From: a virus
Lineage: Duplodnaviria > Caudoviricetes
DNA length: 39,111 nt
Virus record (IMG/VR): IMGVR_UViG_3300009108_000026
Span: 1 to 39,111 of that record
Direction: 5' to 3' (one strand)
A model generated the notes under the pieces. That model was not told the DNA's origin. It worked only from the letters and a program-made list of their open reading frames with translations, and did no database searches. This document shows, piece after piece, positions 1 through 8,581 of this stretch; the stretch's first letter is position 1; each line of letters begins with the position of its first letter. Position numbers and translations under genes: made by a program.

Positions 1-119
1 TGCGTATTTAACTGAGCTGCAAGTTGTGGATACAAATAAAGCTATGACAAGTAATACGCTTGCATTTTCAGCACTGTCTAAAACACCTTACAGAAATGGA
101 GTTACTGCAATCAAAGCTA
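1..119. repeat. Terminal direct repeat, copy 1 (circular assembly overlap)
   Basis: 1-119 is identical to 38993-39111 and falls inside a CDS that reads through the junction. Confidence 0.97.
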
Positions 120-472
120 ATGGTGGAAAGTGGGCAAATATAATTGATGCAGCTGATCAGAAAGAATTAGAAAATAGTTACAATACTGCGAGTACAGATA
201 ACCCTATTGCTTATGTATTTGATGAAAAAATATATGTAGATGGTTTAACTGCTACTGCAGGGATAGATGTATGGTTTATAGCTGCTCCCACTGCTTTGGC
301 AGCTGATGGAACTGAATGTGAGTTAAACATTGCACTCCATGAGATTGTTATAGATATGGCAGAAAATCAGTTATGGAAAATGGATAATAAATCTGACAGG
401 GCAGCAAGAGCATTAAGCAATGCTACCATGTTAATTGACTCGTTAAACTCAAAGTATAAAGGTATAGCATGA
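1..472 (+). CDS. 3' part of a ~200-aa putative head-tail adaptor protein (starts at 38862 across the junction)
   Basis: The frame of ORF 26..472 continues from ATG 38862. It follows the capsid genes and has an adaptor-like C-terminus (LHEIVIDMAE..LW). Confidence 0.65.
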   Translation, partial: AYLTELQVVDTNKAMTSNTLAFSALSKTPYRNGVTAIKANGGKWANIIDAADQKELENSYNTASTDNPIAYVFDEKIYVDGLTATAGIDVWFIAAPTALAADGTECELNIALHEIVIDMAENQLWKMDNKSDRAARALSNATMLIDSLNSKYKGIA

Positions 473-1407
473 CCTGGGAAGCATTAATAGATAGGGTATT
501 GTCTGGTTTTGGATCAGGGATCCCAAGGATCAAGGTTAAAAAATATCTCCAGGAAGCTGAGATAGATTTCGCAATAGGGGCAAAATGTAATATAAAGAAT
601 TTTTCTTACATGCCTTATGACAATGATGATTATATAGAGCTGCCAAAAGATTTTATAGAGATCGTGGGTAATGTTGAATTCAAGACTAAGACCCTGGATC
701 TAGTCACACACTTTGAGAACTTCTCAAGATTTAAAAATGATGGGACCATCAAATCTGGAAACCCAGACATATATTTTATTCGTGGTGATAAGATGTACTT
801 TTATCCAGCTGTAGCTACAGTAGGATTACTTACATTTTCTTATGTTGCCAGACCAACACAATTAGATTCCTCAGTAACATATAAGAAGTTATTATATGAT
901 GACCTGGAGTCAGATCAGTTTTACCATGGTGATCCAATTCAAGGAAGAACATCAAATGCAACAGCGACTGTTGAGGATGTAATTGATATTGAGCAAAAGA
1001 CAGGAACATTAGTATTAGGCCCTATAAGTGGTACATTACAAAACGATGAATCTATTGTAGAAACGAGTAGTGAGCAGGCTATGTGGCTAGCCCAATACTC
1101 TAACAGTTGGTCTACTTTACTTACAAACTGGCAGAGTTTAGGATTAGGTGGAATAGCAGATGTGAATGGTGTAGTGTTTGATTATACTGATGCTGGTGCA
1201 TCACCCACAATACCAGAGAATTATCACAGTTATTTATTATGTTATGCAAAAGCAGCATTATCAGAGGATGCTGGTGTTATAGATGTTGCGAATTCATATC
1301 GTGCAAGGTATGAGGCAGATAAAGAATTAGTTCGTGTACAGTCAAGAAATAAAGGGATAAGTGGAGTACAGACAGTAATAGATGTAAATAATCAGGCATA
1401 TATATGA
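469..1407 (+). CDS. Putative head-tail adaptor / tail tubular protein A-like, with an inserted beta domain
   Basis: 312 aa; ELPKDF, GNPDIY, YFYP and C-terminal PTIPENYHSYLLCYA pattern typical of podovirus adaptors; overlaps the upstream stop. Confidence 0.6.
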   Translation: MTWEALIDRVLSGFGSGIPRIKVKKYLQEAEIDFAIGAKCNIKNFSYMPYDNDDYIELPKDFIEIVGNVEFKTKTLDLVTHFENFSRFKNDGTIKSGNPDIYFIRGDKMYFYPAVATVGLLTFSYVARPTQLDSSVTYKKLLYDDLESDQFYHGDPIQGRTSNATATVEDVIDIEQKTGTLVLGPISGTLQNDESIVETSSEQAMWLAQYSNSWSTLLTNWQSLGLGGIADVNGVVFDYTDAGASPTIPENYHSYLLCYAKAALSEDAGVIDVANSYRARYEADKELVRVQSRNKGISGVQTVIDVNNQAYI

Positions 1408-3488
1408 GCCTGATAGAGATTCCTTTGTTTGATGGAGGTTTAGTAACCTTTGCAGATCCAGAGGATATCGATAAAACTGCTGCAGTAGTAAGCACTAATT
1501 TTGATATAGATGAACCTGGTAAGTTAGTTAAAAGGCAGGGTCGTGGATCAGCAGTAACAATAGCTGGGGATCATATAGGTCAAATAGTAAAATGGATCAC
1601 CCAGGATCTAAGTGCATCAGTATGGGTGTATTATGAAACCCAGTCTGATAAATTGAGAACTTGTGCAGCTGCATTTACAGGTGCATCAGATATTAAAGCA
1701 TTGCATGCATCCACAACAAATGTACAGATCCATAATTTTGGCAGGGTGTTAAGATTCTCAAATGACATTTATCAAAAGCCTGGTATATATCATACTATAG
1801 ACAGACAATTCTTTTTTGGTAATTATGATCTGAGTGGTGGAAATAAGATTCTGGATTACGATGATGCACCACCAAGTTTACCAACAACATGGGATGTCCA
1901 AAATATAACAGAAATTGGGACTGGATCTAGACAATCAGGGTTTTATTATTATCAATTTGTACCTGTATTTGATGGAGTACAGGAGCATCCATTAACAGGT
2001 GATAATTTTACTTCTAAAGAAATTACAAATGATAATAAAACATTAAGAGTTGGACTAAAGATAGATAAAGGATCATCTGACTACAATCCCAGGATAACAT
2101 CTGTGAAAGTGTATAGATCTTTTTCAGATACTGTAACTGGTGATATAGATCCAGTTTATTATCATATAACAACTATTCCCCTGAATACTAGATCAACCCA
2201 TGAAGATAATGTTTCATCAGGTATTACTGTTACTCCATTAGATAATCAGGTATGGATATCTGGGGATTTAAGTACAGAACCAACTGATTGGAGTACATCA
2301 GGAAATGATAATACAAGAGGGATTATTCTAGGTTCAAGTCAAACAGGTACGATAAGTCCAGGTTCAATAGAATATAATTGTTCTGACCAAACATGGCCTG
2401 GTACTTCCACTGGAGGGCTGTTTAATCTTACAACCTCAATTGGTACAAATGATAGAATTTTTGATGGTGCTTACACAATAGCTGTTTTAGAACAGGGTGA
2501 AAGTAATTATCTATCAGGTCATAATTCTGATAGTGGTGGTTACGCAGGGAAAAATGTATTATATCAAAGTGCATGGAACTGGTACTCAGGTGAAGCTAAA
2601 GGTATGGTTGTTTATAATACTGGGGGTAACGCTATTGATGATGTTGTATTAGATAGTAAAGAACAGTGGATAAAAATCAGTGTTGATACCACTCACACAT
2701 CAGATTTTGATATCAATTTAACAGATGGTTACAGGTATGATGTAAATGGAGATGATATCACTTTATGGCTGTATGACCAAGAACTAACAGATAAATCATT
2801 ACACCCATTAGGTGAGGCAACGAAGGTTACTGTTAACCATAAATATGCGACCTATTTAGGTGGCAGGCTATTTGCTGGTAATGTAAGGCTGGACCCAGAT
2901 GCAGATGCTGAAGATCATCAGGATTGGATCATATACTCTGAGTTACTGCAGCCAGATGTATTGCCAATTACAAATTATATACAAATAAAGGATACCCAAG
3001 GTGGCCAGATAACTGGGCTTACAACACATCTAGGATCCCTGGTAGTGTTTATGGAAAGGGGTATATATAGATTAGATGTACCATCAGTAGATCCATCCAC
3101 TTTTTCACTTATGGAATCAGAAGAGAATTTTGGATGTATAGCCCCTAATTCTATAGTGACTATTGGAGGTCAAACATTTTTCGCTGGCCAGGATAACGCA
3201 TATGTATTAGACAGTGGATTTAATATATATCCAATCACATTACCAATAAAAGATATCTACCAGGGTAAGTCTAACTTAGAACAATCGAGGTTTATTTATG
3301 ATCCTAAGAAGGGAAGGATGCTTTGTCGTTTTGGATCTGATAAACAGAATATATATGTATATGATACCAATCGTTCAAGAGCTGGCCAAGCTATATGGGG
3401 ACATATGGATCTAGGGGCCACAGATGTGGCAGATCTATTTGCCATAGATGAAGATCTAAAAGTCTTTTCAGTAACAAATGCAGCATAG
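1404..3488 (+). CDS. Tail nozzle / stabilisation protein (tubular protein B-like beta-propeller)
   Basis: 694 aa; N-terminal FDGGL..N..G.LVKRQG, then GRLF, IIYSE..PD, G.ITGL..LVVF.E, GCIAPNSIV motifs. Confidence 0.7.
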   Translation: MSLIEIPLFDGGLVTFADPEDIDKTAAVVSTNFDIDEPGKLVKRQGRGSAVTIAGDHIGQIVKWITQDLSASVWVYYETQSDKLRTCAAAFTGASDIKALHASTTNVQIHNFGRVLRFSNDIYQKPGIYHTIDRQFFFGNYDLSGGNKILDYDDAPPSLPTTWDVQNITEIGTGSRQSGFYYYQFVPVFDGVQEHPLTGDNFTSKEITNDNKTLRVGLKIDKGSSDYNPRITSVKVYRSFSDTVTGDIDPVYYHITTIPLNTRSTHEDNVSSGITVTPLDNQVWISGDLSTEPTDWSTSGNDNTRGIILGSSQTGTISPGSIEYNCSDQTWPGTSTGGLFNLTTSIGTNDRIFDGAYTIAVLEQGESNYLSGHNSDSGGYAGKNVLYQSAWNWYSGEAKGMVVYNTGGNAIDDVVLDSKEQWIKISVDTTHTSDFDINLTDGYRYDVNGDDITLWLYDQELTDKSLHPLGEATKVTVNHKYATYLGGRLFAGNVRLDPDADAEDHQDWIIYSELLQPDVLPITNYIQIKDTQGGQITGLTTHLGSLVVFMERGIYRLDVPSVDPSTFSLMESEENFGCIAPNSIVTIGGQTFFAGQDNAYVLDSGFNIYPITLPIKDIYQGKSNLEQSRFIYDPKKGRMLCRFGSDKQNIYVYDTNRSRAGQAIWGHMDLGATDVADLFAIDEDLKVFSVTNAA

Positions 3489-3496
3489 GGATAATT

Positions 3497-3979
3497 ATGA
3501 TAAATGATAGAATAGAGCCAAGAGGAGAAGTTGAGATAGAGATATTTCGTTCCAATGGGCATATTGAAAAAACAAAAGGTTCAAACACTATTTCAGCAGA
3601 AGTAAAAAATGTAATAGCTAAATCATTACAAGCAGCTATAACTGGTGGATTTGGATGTTTAACATCTCCATTTGATAATGATGATCTATCAACACCACCC
3701 AATGGAGAATCTGGAATATATCTAATAGATAACAGTAATGCTGCTACACATTATCAAATGGTTAGTACATTGAATTCTAGTACGCAGTTATCTTTTATTA
3801 TCAAAGGTGTGGTGAGGGCAGCACAGGCATACACTTTTAGCAGTGCAGTTCTTGGACATGATTATCAGACAAATAATTTCACATATGAGTTTAGCACATT
3901 TGCTTTTTCGTCAGCACCAGTATTGGCAAATGGTGATCAGTTAACAGTGACCTGGACCATCACAATGGCAGATTCTTAA
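3497..3979 (+). CDS. Virion tail-associated protein
   Basis: 160 aa; N-terminal GEVEIEI and C-terminal LANGDQLTVTWTI; located in the tail cluster. Confidence 0.55.
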   Translation: MINDRIEPRGEVEIEIFRSNGHIEKTKGSNTISAEVKNVIAKSLQAAITGGFGCLTSPFDNDDLSTPPNGESGIYLIDNSNAATHYQMVSTLNSSTQLSFIIKGVVRAAQAYTFSSAVLGHDYQTNNFTYEFSTFAFSSAPVLANGDQLTVTWTITMADS

Positions 3980-3990
3980 AGGAGATAATA

Positions 3991-4650
3991 ATGCACTACA
4001 TCCAAACAAGATCATTACTAAAGATTGAAGGATTCGTAGATATAAAAGTTTATGATAAATATGATATCAAACAGATGGAACCAAAGGTTGATATTTTTGA
4101 TAAGAACGCTACACAATCTGAGTTAATGGAGAAGATCGTTGATGAGATGTTCAGTTCATCAGGAGACACTGATTATCATCTAACAACATCTACTAATTGG
4201 TTTACATCTAATATTCCTGGCAGTACATCACATCCAACAACAACCCCATCACAAAATGCAAAAGATGGAATATTTGTAAGAGGTAATAGAGCAACATCAA
4301 CGATCTGGTGTGGTGATCCATATGAAACAAATGTAACTAATGATTTAAAGGATCTGTTATTATCTGATAGTACATCAACAACCTATTCATCAAATACAAA
4401 TCATTGTACATGGGCTGCACAAGCCACATGGAATGCTGCATCTTCAGATGATTATGGAACAGGTAATGTTCTAGATAATACTATATCACATTTAGAAATT
4501 GGTAAGAATTACTTTGTTCAGGGTGATGATGGTCAAGGTGTAGGAACAACCAATGGATTTGTTACCCCATTTGCTATAGATACTCCATCTAGTTTCATTT
4601 TGCAAGAGGATGATATAATAAAAATTACCTGGAAGATAACCATAGGATAG
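3991..4650 (+). CDS. Virion tail-associated protein, paralogue of the previous gene
   Basis: 219 aa; RBS AAGGAG; GFVDIKV and C-terminal LQEDDIIKITWKI mirror the 160-aa ORF. Confidence 0.55.
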   Translation: MHYIQTRSLLKIEGFVDIKVYDKYDIKQMEPKVDIFDKNATQSELMEKIVDEMFSSSGDTDYHLTTSTNWFTSNIPGSTSHPTTTPSQNAKDGIFVRGNRATSTIWCGDPYETNVTNDLKDLLLSDSTSTTYSSNTNHCTWAAQATWNAASSDDYGTGNVLDNTISHLEIGKNYFVQGDDGQGVGTTNGFVTPFAIDTPSSFILQEDDIIKITWKITIG

Positions 4651-4655
4651 AGTAA

Positions 4656-4934
4656 TTGCCCTGTACAATAACATCAATAACTAACCCAAGCACTAACTCT
4701 TCATATGTAGAGGGTTCAGTGGTAGGTGTCACATGGAATGATAATGATCAATGTGGAAATTGGGAAGTATATCGAATAGATCTGTTAAAAAATGCAGCAC
4801 CATATATAAATAATGTATGGACTGGTACAGATTCTGTTCCTTCTGGGTCCTTAAATCTTCAACTACCTGAGACTGTTAATGAGTATGGTGACATATACCA
4901 ACTAAAACTTTATTATCGTGAAACTGATGTATAA
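4656..4934 (+). CDS. Small Ig-like (Ser/Thr-rich) structural protein
   Basis: 92 aa, TTG start; ITNP..Y..G..V.VTW ... YQLKL matches the N-terminal domain of the next ORF. Confidence 0.5.
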   Translation: MPCTITSITNPSTNSSYVEGSVVGVTWNDNDQCGNWEVYRIDLLKNAAPYINNVWTGTDSVPSGSLNLQLPETVNEYGDIYQLKLYYRETDV

Positions 4935-6421
4935 TGCCAAACTTAATTAAATACTCCAGTCTATTTGAGATTACTCCTGAACCAACTATTCTATTAACGA
5001 ATCCAGTTGGCAACTCAGTATACTATGTCCATGATACAGTTAACATTACCTGGACTACAACAGGAACTGTTGGAAATATAACGATACAGTTATTTCATTA
5101 CACTACAGGGATCCATACAATAGTTACTAATACACCAAACGATGGATCATACAGTTGGACTATTCAGCCTGGACATTTAGATGGAAATTCAGGATATGAT
5201 TTTCAGTTAAAGATATTTGAAACTGGAATATTTGGTGGTGTCCAAGATTATTGTCCAGATTTTTATATATACGACTATATCAGTAAAAATGATTCTATAG
5301 GATTTACAGCAGACTCAGTAACAACACAAATTGTTCAATGGCAGGCAGTAGAGGAACCAGAAGATAATATAACCTTTACTGCAGATGATATATCATTAGT
5401 CTATTTAAGATCTAAAGATAAAGAAGATAGTGCAAATATTACTGAGGGGGTATCTTATCAGGCAGACCCATGGTTAATTAATAGAATCCCAGAGGATGAT
5501 ATCTCTTTAACAGAAGAGTTGGAATTATCTTATTTAAGGGGGATGGTTTCAGAAGACAGTGTATCTTTTACTGAAGGGGTAAGTACATCAATAGAAAGCA
5601 CAATTAATATTGAAGATAATGTATTGATCAATGAAAGTGATGTAACCACTTCAGTGTATGAGTGGATCAAAGATACATCTAAAGATGATAGTATAAGTTT
5701 CACTGATAATGTTGATTCTATTATTACAGAATGGGAGAGTCGTGAGGAGAATGATTCCATTGGAATAGATGAAGGGGTACTAAGTAATATTACTAATTGG
5801 ATCCATGAAAAGACTGATTATGTTTTATTAGATCAACAAATCGAATGGGTAAAAAGTACCTGGTTAAAAGATGAAAGTGATAATATACAATTTGTAGGAC
5901 CACCTAATTCTCCAGGTGAGGAGGATGTTTATTGGGAAGTTAGACAATGGGCTTATGTTATAAATGATTCAGTTGGAATAAGTGAAGACTGCACAAATGT
6001 TTTAGGTGTGTCTAATGTCAGTCAGGCATCTATAAATGAGACATGTGTTCCTTTGATAACCAAACCTTGTTATGTAAGAGAGTTTTTAGATATTAAGGGT
6101 AATGAAAATATAACATGTACCAGAAAAACAGGCTGGATCAATAGCTCTACCAGGGATGGAAGATCTAGAATGATCAGAAGATTTAATATTGAATATCATT
6201 CAAAAGATCTTATAGCTATCAGGATGTTTATAGATGGTAATGAATCTGAACATGTGTTACAATATAAGTTGCCACAAACCAAGGGTTCAGAGATAACGAA
6301 TAAAAGTATAAGAATAGGTCAAAGGGCTAAGAGTTGTATGTTTGAAATACAGACATATGAAAATGATCTGATCTATAATTCATCTAAAATAGAGGCAATT
6401 GAAATAGAGGTAGATGATTAA
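4934..6421 (+). CDS. Tail protein with Ig-like domain, acidic repeats and nozzle-like C-terminal domain
   Basis: 495 aa; TNPVG..Y..VNITW..NDGSYSW; about 11 D-x-(I/V)-x-(F/I/L)-(T/D/N/S) repeats; C-terminal KTGW..IRR..RIGQRAK..IEIE. Confidence 0.55.
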   Translation: MPNLIKYSSLFEITPEPTILLTNPVGNSVYYVHDTVNITWTTTGTVGNITIQLFHYTTGIHTIVTNTPNDGSYSWTIQPGHLDGNSGYDFQLKIFETGIFGGVQDYCPDFYIYDYISKNDSIGFTADSVTTQIVQWQAVEEPEDNITFTADDISLVYLRSKDKEDSANITEGVSYQADPWLINRIPEDDISLTEELELSYLRGMVSEDSVSFTEGVSTSIESTINIEDNVLINESDVTTSVYEWIKDTSKDDSISFTDNVDSIITEWESREENDSIGIDEGVLSNITNWIHEKTDYVLLDQQIEWVKSTWLKDESDNIQFVGPPNSPGEEDVYWEVRQWAYVINDSVGISEDCTNVLGVSNVSQASINETCVPLITKPCYVREFLDIKGNENITCTRKTGWINSSTRDGRSRMIRRFNIEYHSKDLIAIRMFIDGNESEHVLQYKLPQTKGSEITNKSIRIGQRAKSCMFEIQTYENDLIYNSSKIEAIEIEVDD

Positions 6422-6984
6422 TGCCTGATGTTAAGTTTAGAGAAATGAATCCAACAGTCGGAACATCAACTGAAGCTAAGTCAGCTATAAGAAGAACAGG
6501 CTGGTTCCCAGTTTCAGATCTTTCAAGAAAGGTTTTTATTAGAAGGATCAATGCCAGGCATAAGAGTTCGCAGGATTTAACTATTACATTATACACTGAT
6601 GGTGATGATTCTGTTGTTACTGAACAGGTGACATTCAGGGCGAATGATGGTGATACTGGTTTAACTATTTCAGGAAGTATAACTGATACTGGAACATCAA
6701 TATTGACAGCCTCAACAACATTATTAAAAAATGGAGATTGGATAAAGATAGATAATGAGATTATGAAAATCATAACAGCTGGAACGACAACCCATACAGT
6801 GCAGCGTGGTATGCGTGGAACCACTGCAGTTAGTCATAATCAGTATGCAAAAATTTATTATTCAAACTACCCAAATGATTCAATTAAGATTGGTAAAAGA
6901 GCTAAGTATGCTCAAGTTGAATTATCAACAGGTAGTAATACTGGCACTACAGAAATTAATAAAATGGAGATCGAGTACGAATGA
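6421..6984 (+). CDS. Tail protein with nozzle-like C-terminal domain and an inserted WIKIDNEIM..TVQRG domain
   Basis: 187 aa; RTGW..IRR..KIGKRAK..MEIEY resembles the C-terminus of the previous ORF. Confidence 0.5.
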   Translation: MPDVKFREMNPTVGTSTEAKSAIRRTGWFPVSDLSRKVFIRRINARHKSSQDLTITLYTDGDDSVVTEQVTFRANDGDTGLTISGSITDTGTSILTASTTLLKNGDWIKIDNEIMKIITAGTTTHTVQRGMRGTTAVSHNQYAKIYYSNYPNDSIKIGKRAKYAQVELSTGSNTGTTEINKMEIEYE

Positions 6985-7250
6985 GTGATGTCAAAGAAAT
7001 TAAAACAGCAAAAAAGGATAAAGATTTAGACAAGGCCCTTGGGAAAGTAACCAGGGAATTAAGAAAAATGCAGCCAGCTGTACGCATGACTACAGGCCCT
7101 AAAAGTGATTTAGATGTAACTGAGGGAGAGTTTATGTTTTCAGCTGTAAAAAAGAACAGCCAGGCACCAGGATCCCCAGCAAATGATGAGGGTAGAATGT
7201 ATTTTAAAATGGGTGGGGTACTGTATCAAGTAACAGGAACAAAAGTATAG
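6981..7250 (+). CDS. Hypothetical virion protein (tail needle/plug position)
   Basis: 89 aa; RBS GGAG; overlaps the upstream stop. Confidence 0.5.
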   Translation: MSDVKEIKTAKKDKDLDKALGKVTRELRKMQPAVRMTTGPKSDLDVTEGEFMFSAVKKNSQAPGSPANDEGRMYFKMGGVLYQVTGTKV

Positions 7251-7261
7251 GAGAGTAAAAT

Positions 7262-7900
7262 ATGCCAATAGGAACATTAGTATCATTGGGAGCTAAATAT
7301 GGTCCGACCTTAATGAAATACGCACCAGCTATTAAAAAAGGTTATGACTGGCTAAAAGGTGGTGGTTTACCAACCAGATCAGGAAGTAAGTCAGAACATG
7401 AAAAGAAATATGTAAACTGGCTCCAATCCAGAGCTAGAACAGGATTAGGTCAGGCTGAAATAAATAGACAGATTGGTGATACTAGTAGACTAGCCTCACA
7501 ATCTACAGATATTGCAAAGGCAAATGTAACTGGTAGTGCCATTTCCCAGGGGATCGAAGGATCTGGGGTAGTGGCAGAACAGGGTGTTGCTGCAGATAGT
7601 GCAAGAACTGTAGCTATAGCAAATGCTGCCAGAAAGATTGCACAAGCAAATCAGCAGGCAAAGGATACAGCCCAGACAAAGTTAGGTGAGTATGGAATGC
7701 AGACTACTGATGCAGCTTATAAGGATGCATTAGCAAATAGAGCTTATAAAGATGATCAGCAGTCTGAATTTTTAGGTGGAGTTAGTAAACTTGGATCAAA
7801 CATGGTTCAGGGTCAATGGAGTGAATATCTTGCAAGTCAAGATTGGTTTAAAAAGCTCCCTGCAGAAACACAACAAAAAATACTTGAAGGCTACAGGTAG
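7262..7900 (+). CDS. Putative internal virion (ejection) protein
   Basis: 212 aa; Ala/Gly/Gln-rich and helical with a hydrophobic N-terminus; lies between the tail genes and the giant protein; RBS AGGAG. Confidence 0.55.
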   Translation: MPIGTLVSLGAKYGPTLMKYAPAIKKGYDWLKGGGLPTRSGSKSEHEKKYVNWLQSRARTGLGQAEINRQIGDTSRLASQSTDIAKANVTGSAISQGIEGSGVVAEQGVAADSARTVAIANAARKIAQANQQAKDTAQTKLGEYGMQTTDAAYKDALANRAYKDDQQSEFLGGVSKLGSNMVQGQWSEYLASQDWFKKLPAETQQKILEGYR

Positions 7901-7905
7901 TTAAA

Positions 7906-8496
7906 ATGGCTAACAAAACTAAGAAGAAAGAACCTAATGTACCTTTCTGGATGCGAAAGCAAGCAGAGGTATTAAAAAAAATACATACACCTAAAGAGCC
8001 TGAACTATTAGCTCCTACAGATTCACTAAAGATCTACCAGGCTCAGATGGATTCAATAGGGAATAGAATAAGAAGTTTACCTGGTCCAAAAATTATTAAT
8101 GAGAATGACCCAAAAGAAATGCAAGATTTTCATATAACTAAAAATAGGGAGATCATAAAAGCTCAAGAAGAATCACTTGCACATAAAAAAGAGATAAAGA
8201 AGAAAATGTCAAAGCTGCAAACAGTTGATCAATTAGAAGCAGACAATAATTATTCTGAATTAGCTGTAAGGGCTGCAGATGGTGACAAAGATGCAATAAA
8301 GGCAATGGAAAACTTAAAGGTTAAAGCTAAAGCTCAGAAATCCAAAGATTTTGATAAGAAATCTAAAGAACATGAAAAAAGATTCAGATTTTACCAGAAA
8401 TATAAGGATCAACTTAGTGAAGCAGAGAAAATAGCCTTCGATAATAATAAGGGTATCCCACAAAGGTTTAAGGATATCTATGAGGCTATGAATTAA
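7906..8496 (+). CDS. Putative internal virion protein, Lys/Glu-rich coiled coil
   Basis: 196-aa ORF in the ejection-protein position. Confidence 0.5.
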   Translation: MANKTKKKEPNVPFWMRKQAEVLKKIHTPKEPELLAPTDSLKIYQAQMDSIGNRIRSLPGPKIINENDPKEMQDFHITKNREIIKAQEESLAHKKEIKKKMSKLQTVDQLEADNNYSELAVRAADGDKDAIKAMENLKVKAKAQKSKDFDKKSKEHEKRFRFYQKYKDQLSEAEKIAFDNNKGIPQRFKDIYEAMN

Positions 8497-8581
8497 ATAG
8501 ATGATGGTTGATATGCCTATGATAGAGAAACGCTCTTTAAGGGGCAATATAGAGACAAAAATTTCAGGGGATTTATAGAAA

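Noticed and set aside
1-119. 119-bp terminal repeat as a biological DTR
   Set aside because: It splits a CDS and equals a common assembler k-mer length (119), so it is best read as a circular overlap.
8501-8581. In-frame 25-codon ORF ending in TAG just before the giant gene (readthrough or recoding)
   Set aside because: ATG 8582 has its own RBS, and TAG/TGA serve as normal stops elsewhere, so there is no sign of an alternative genetic code.
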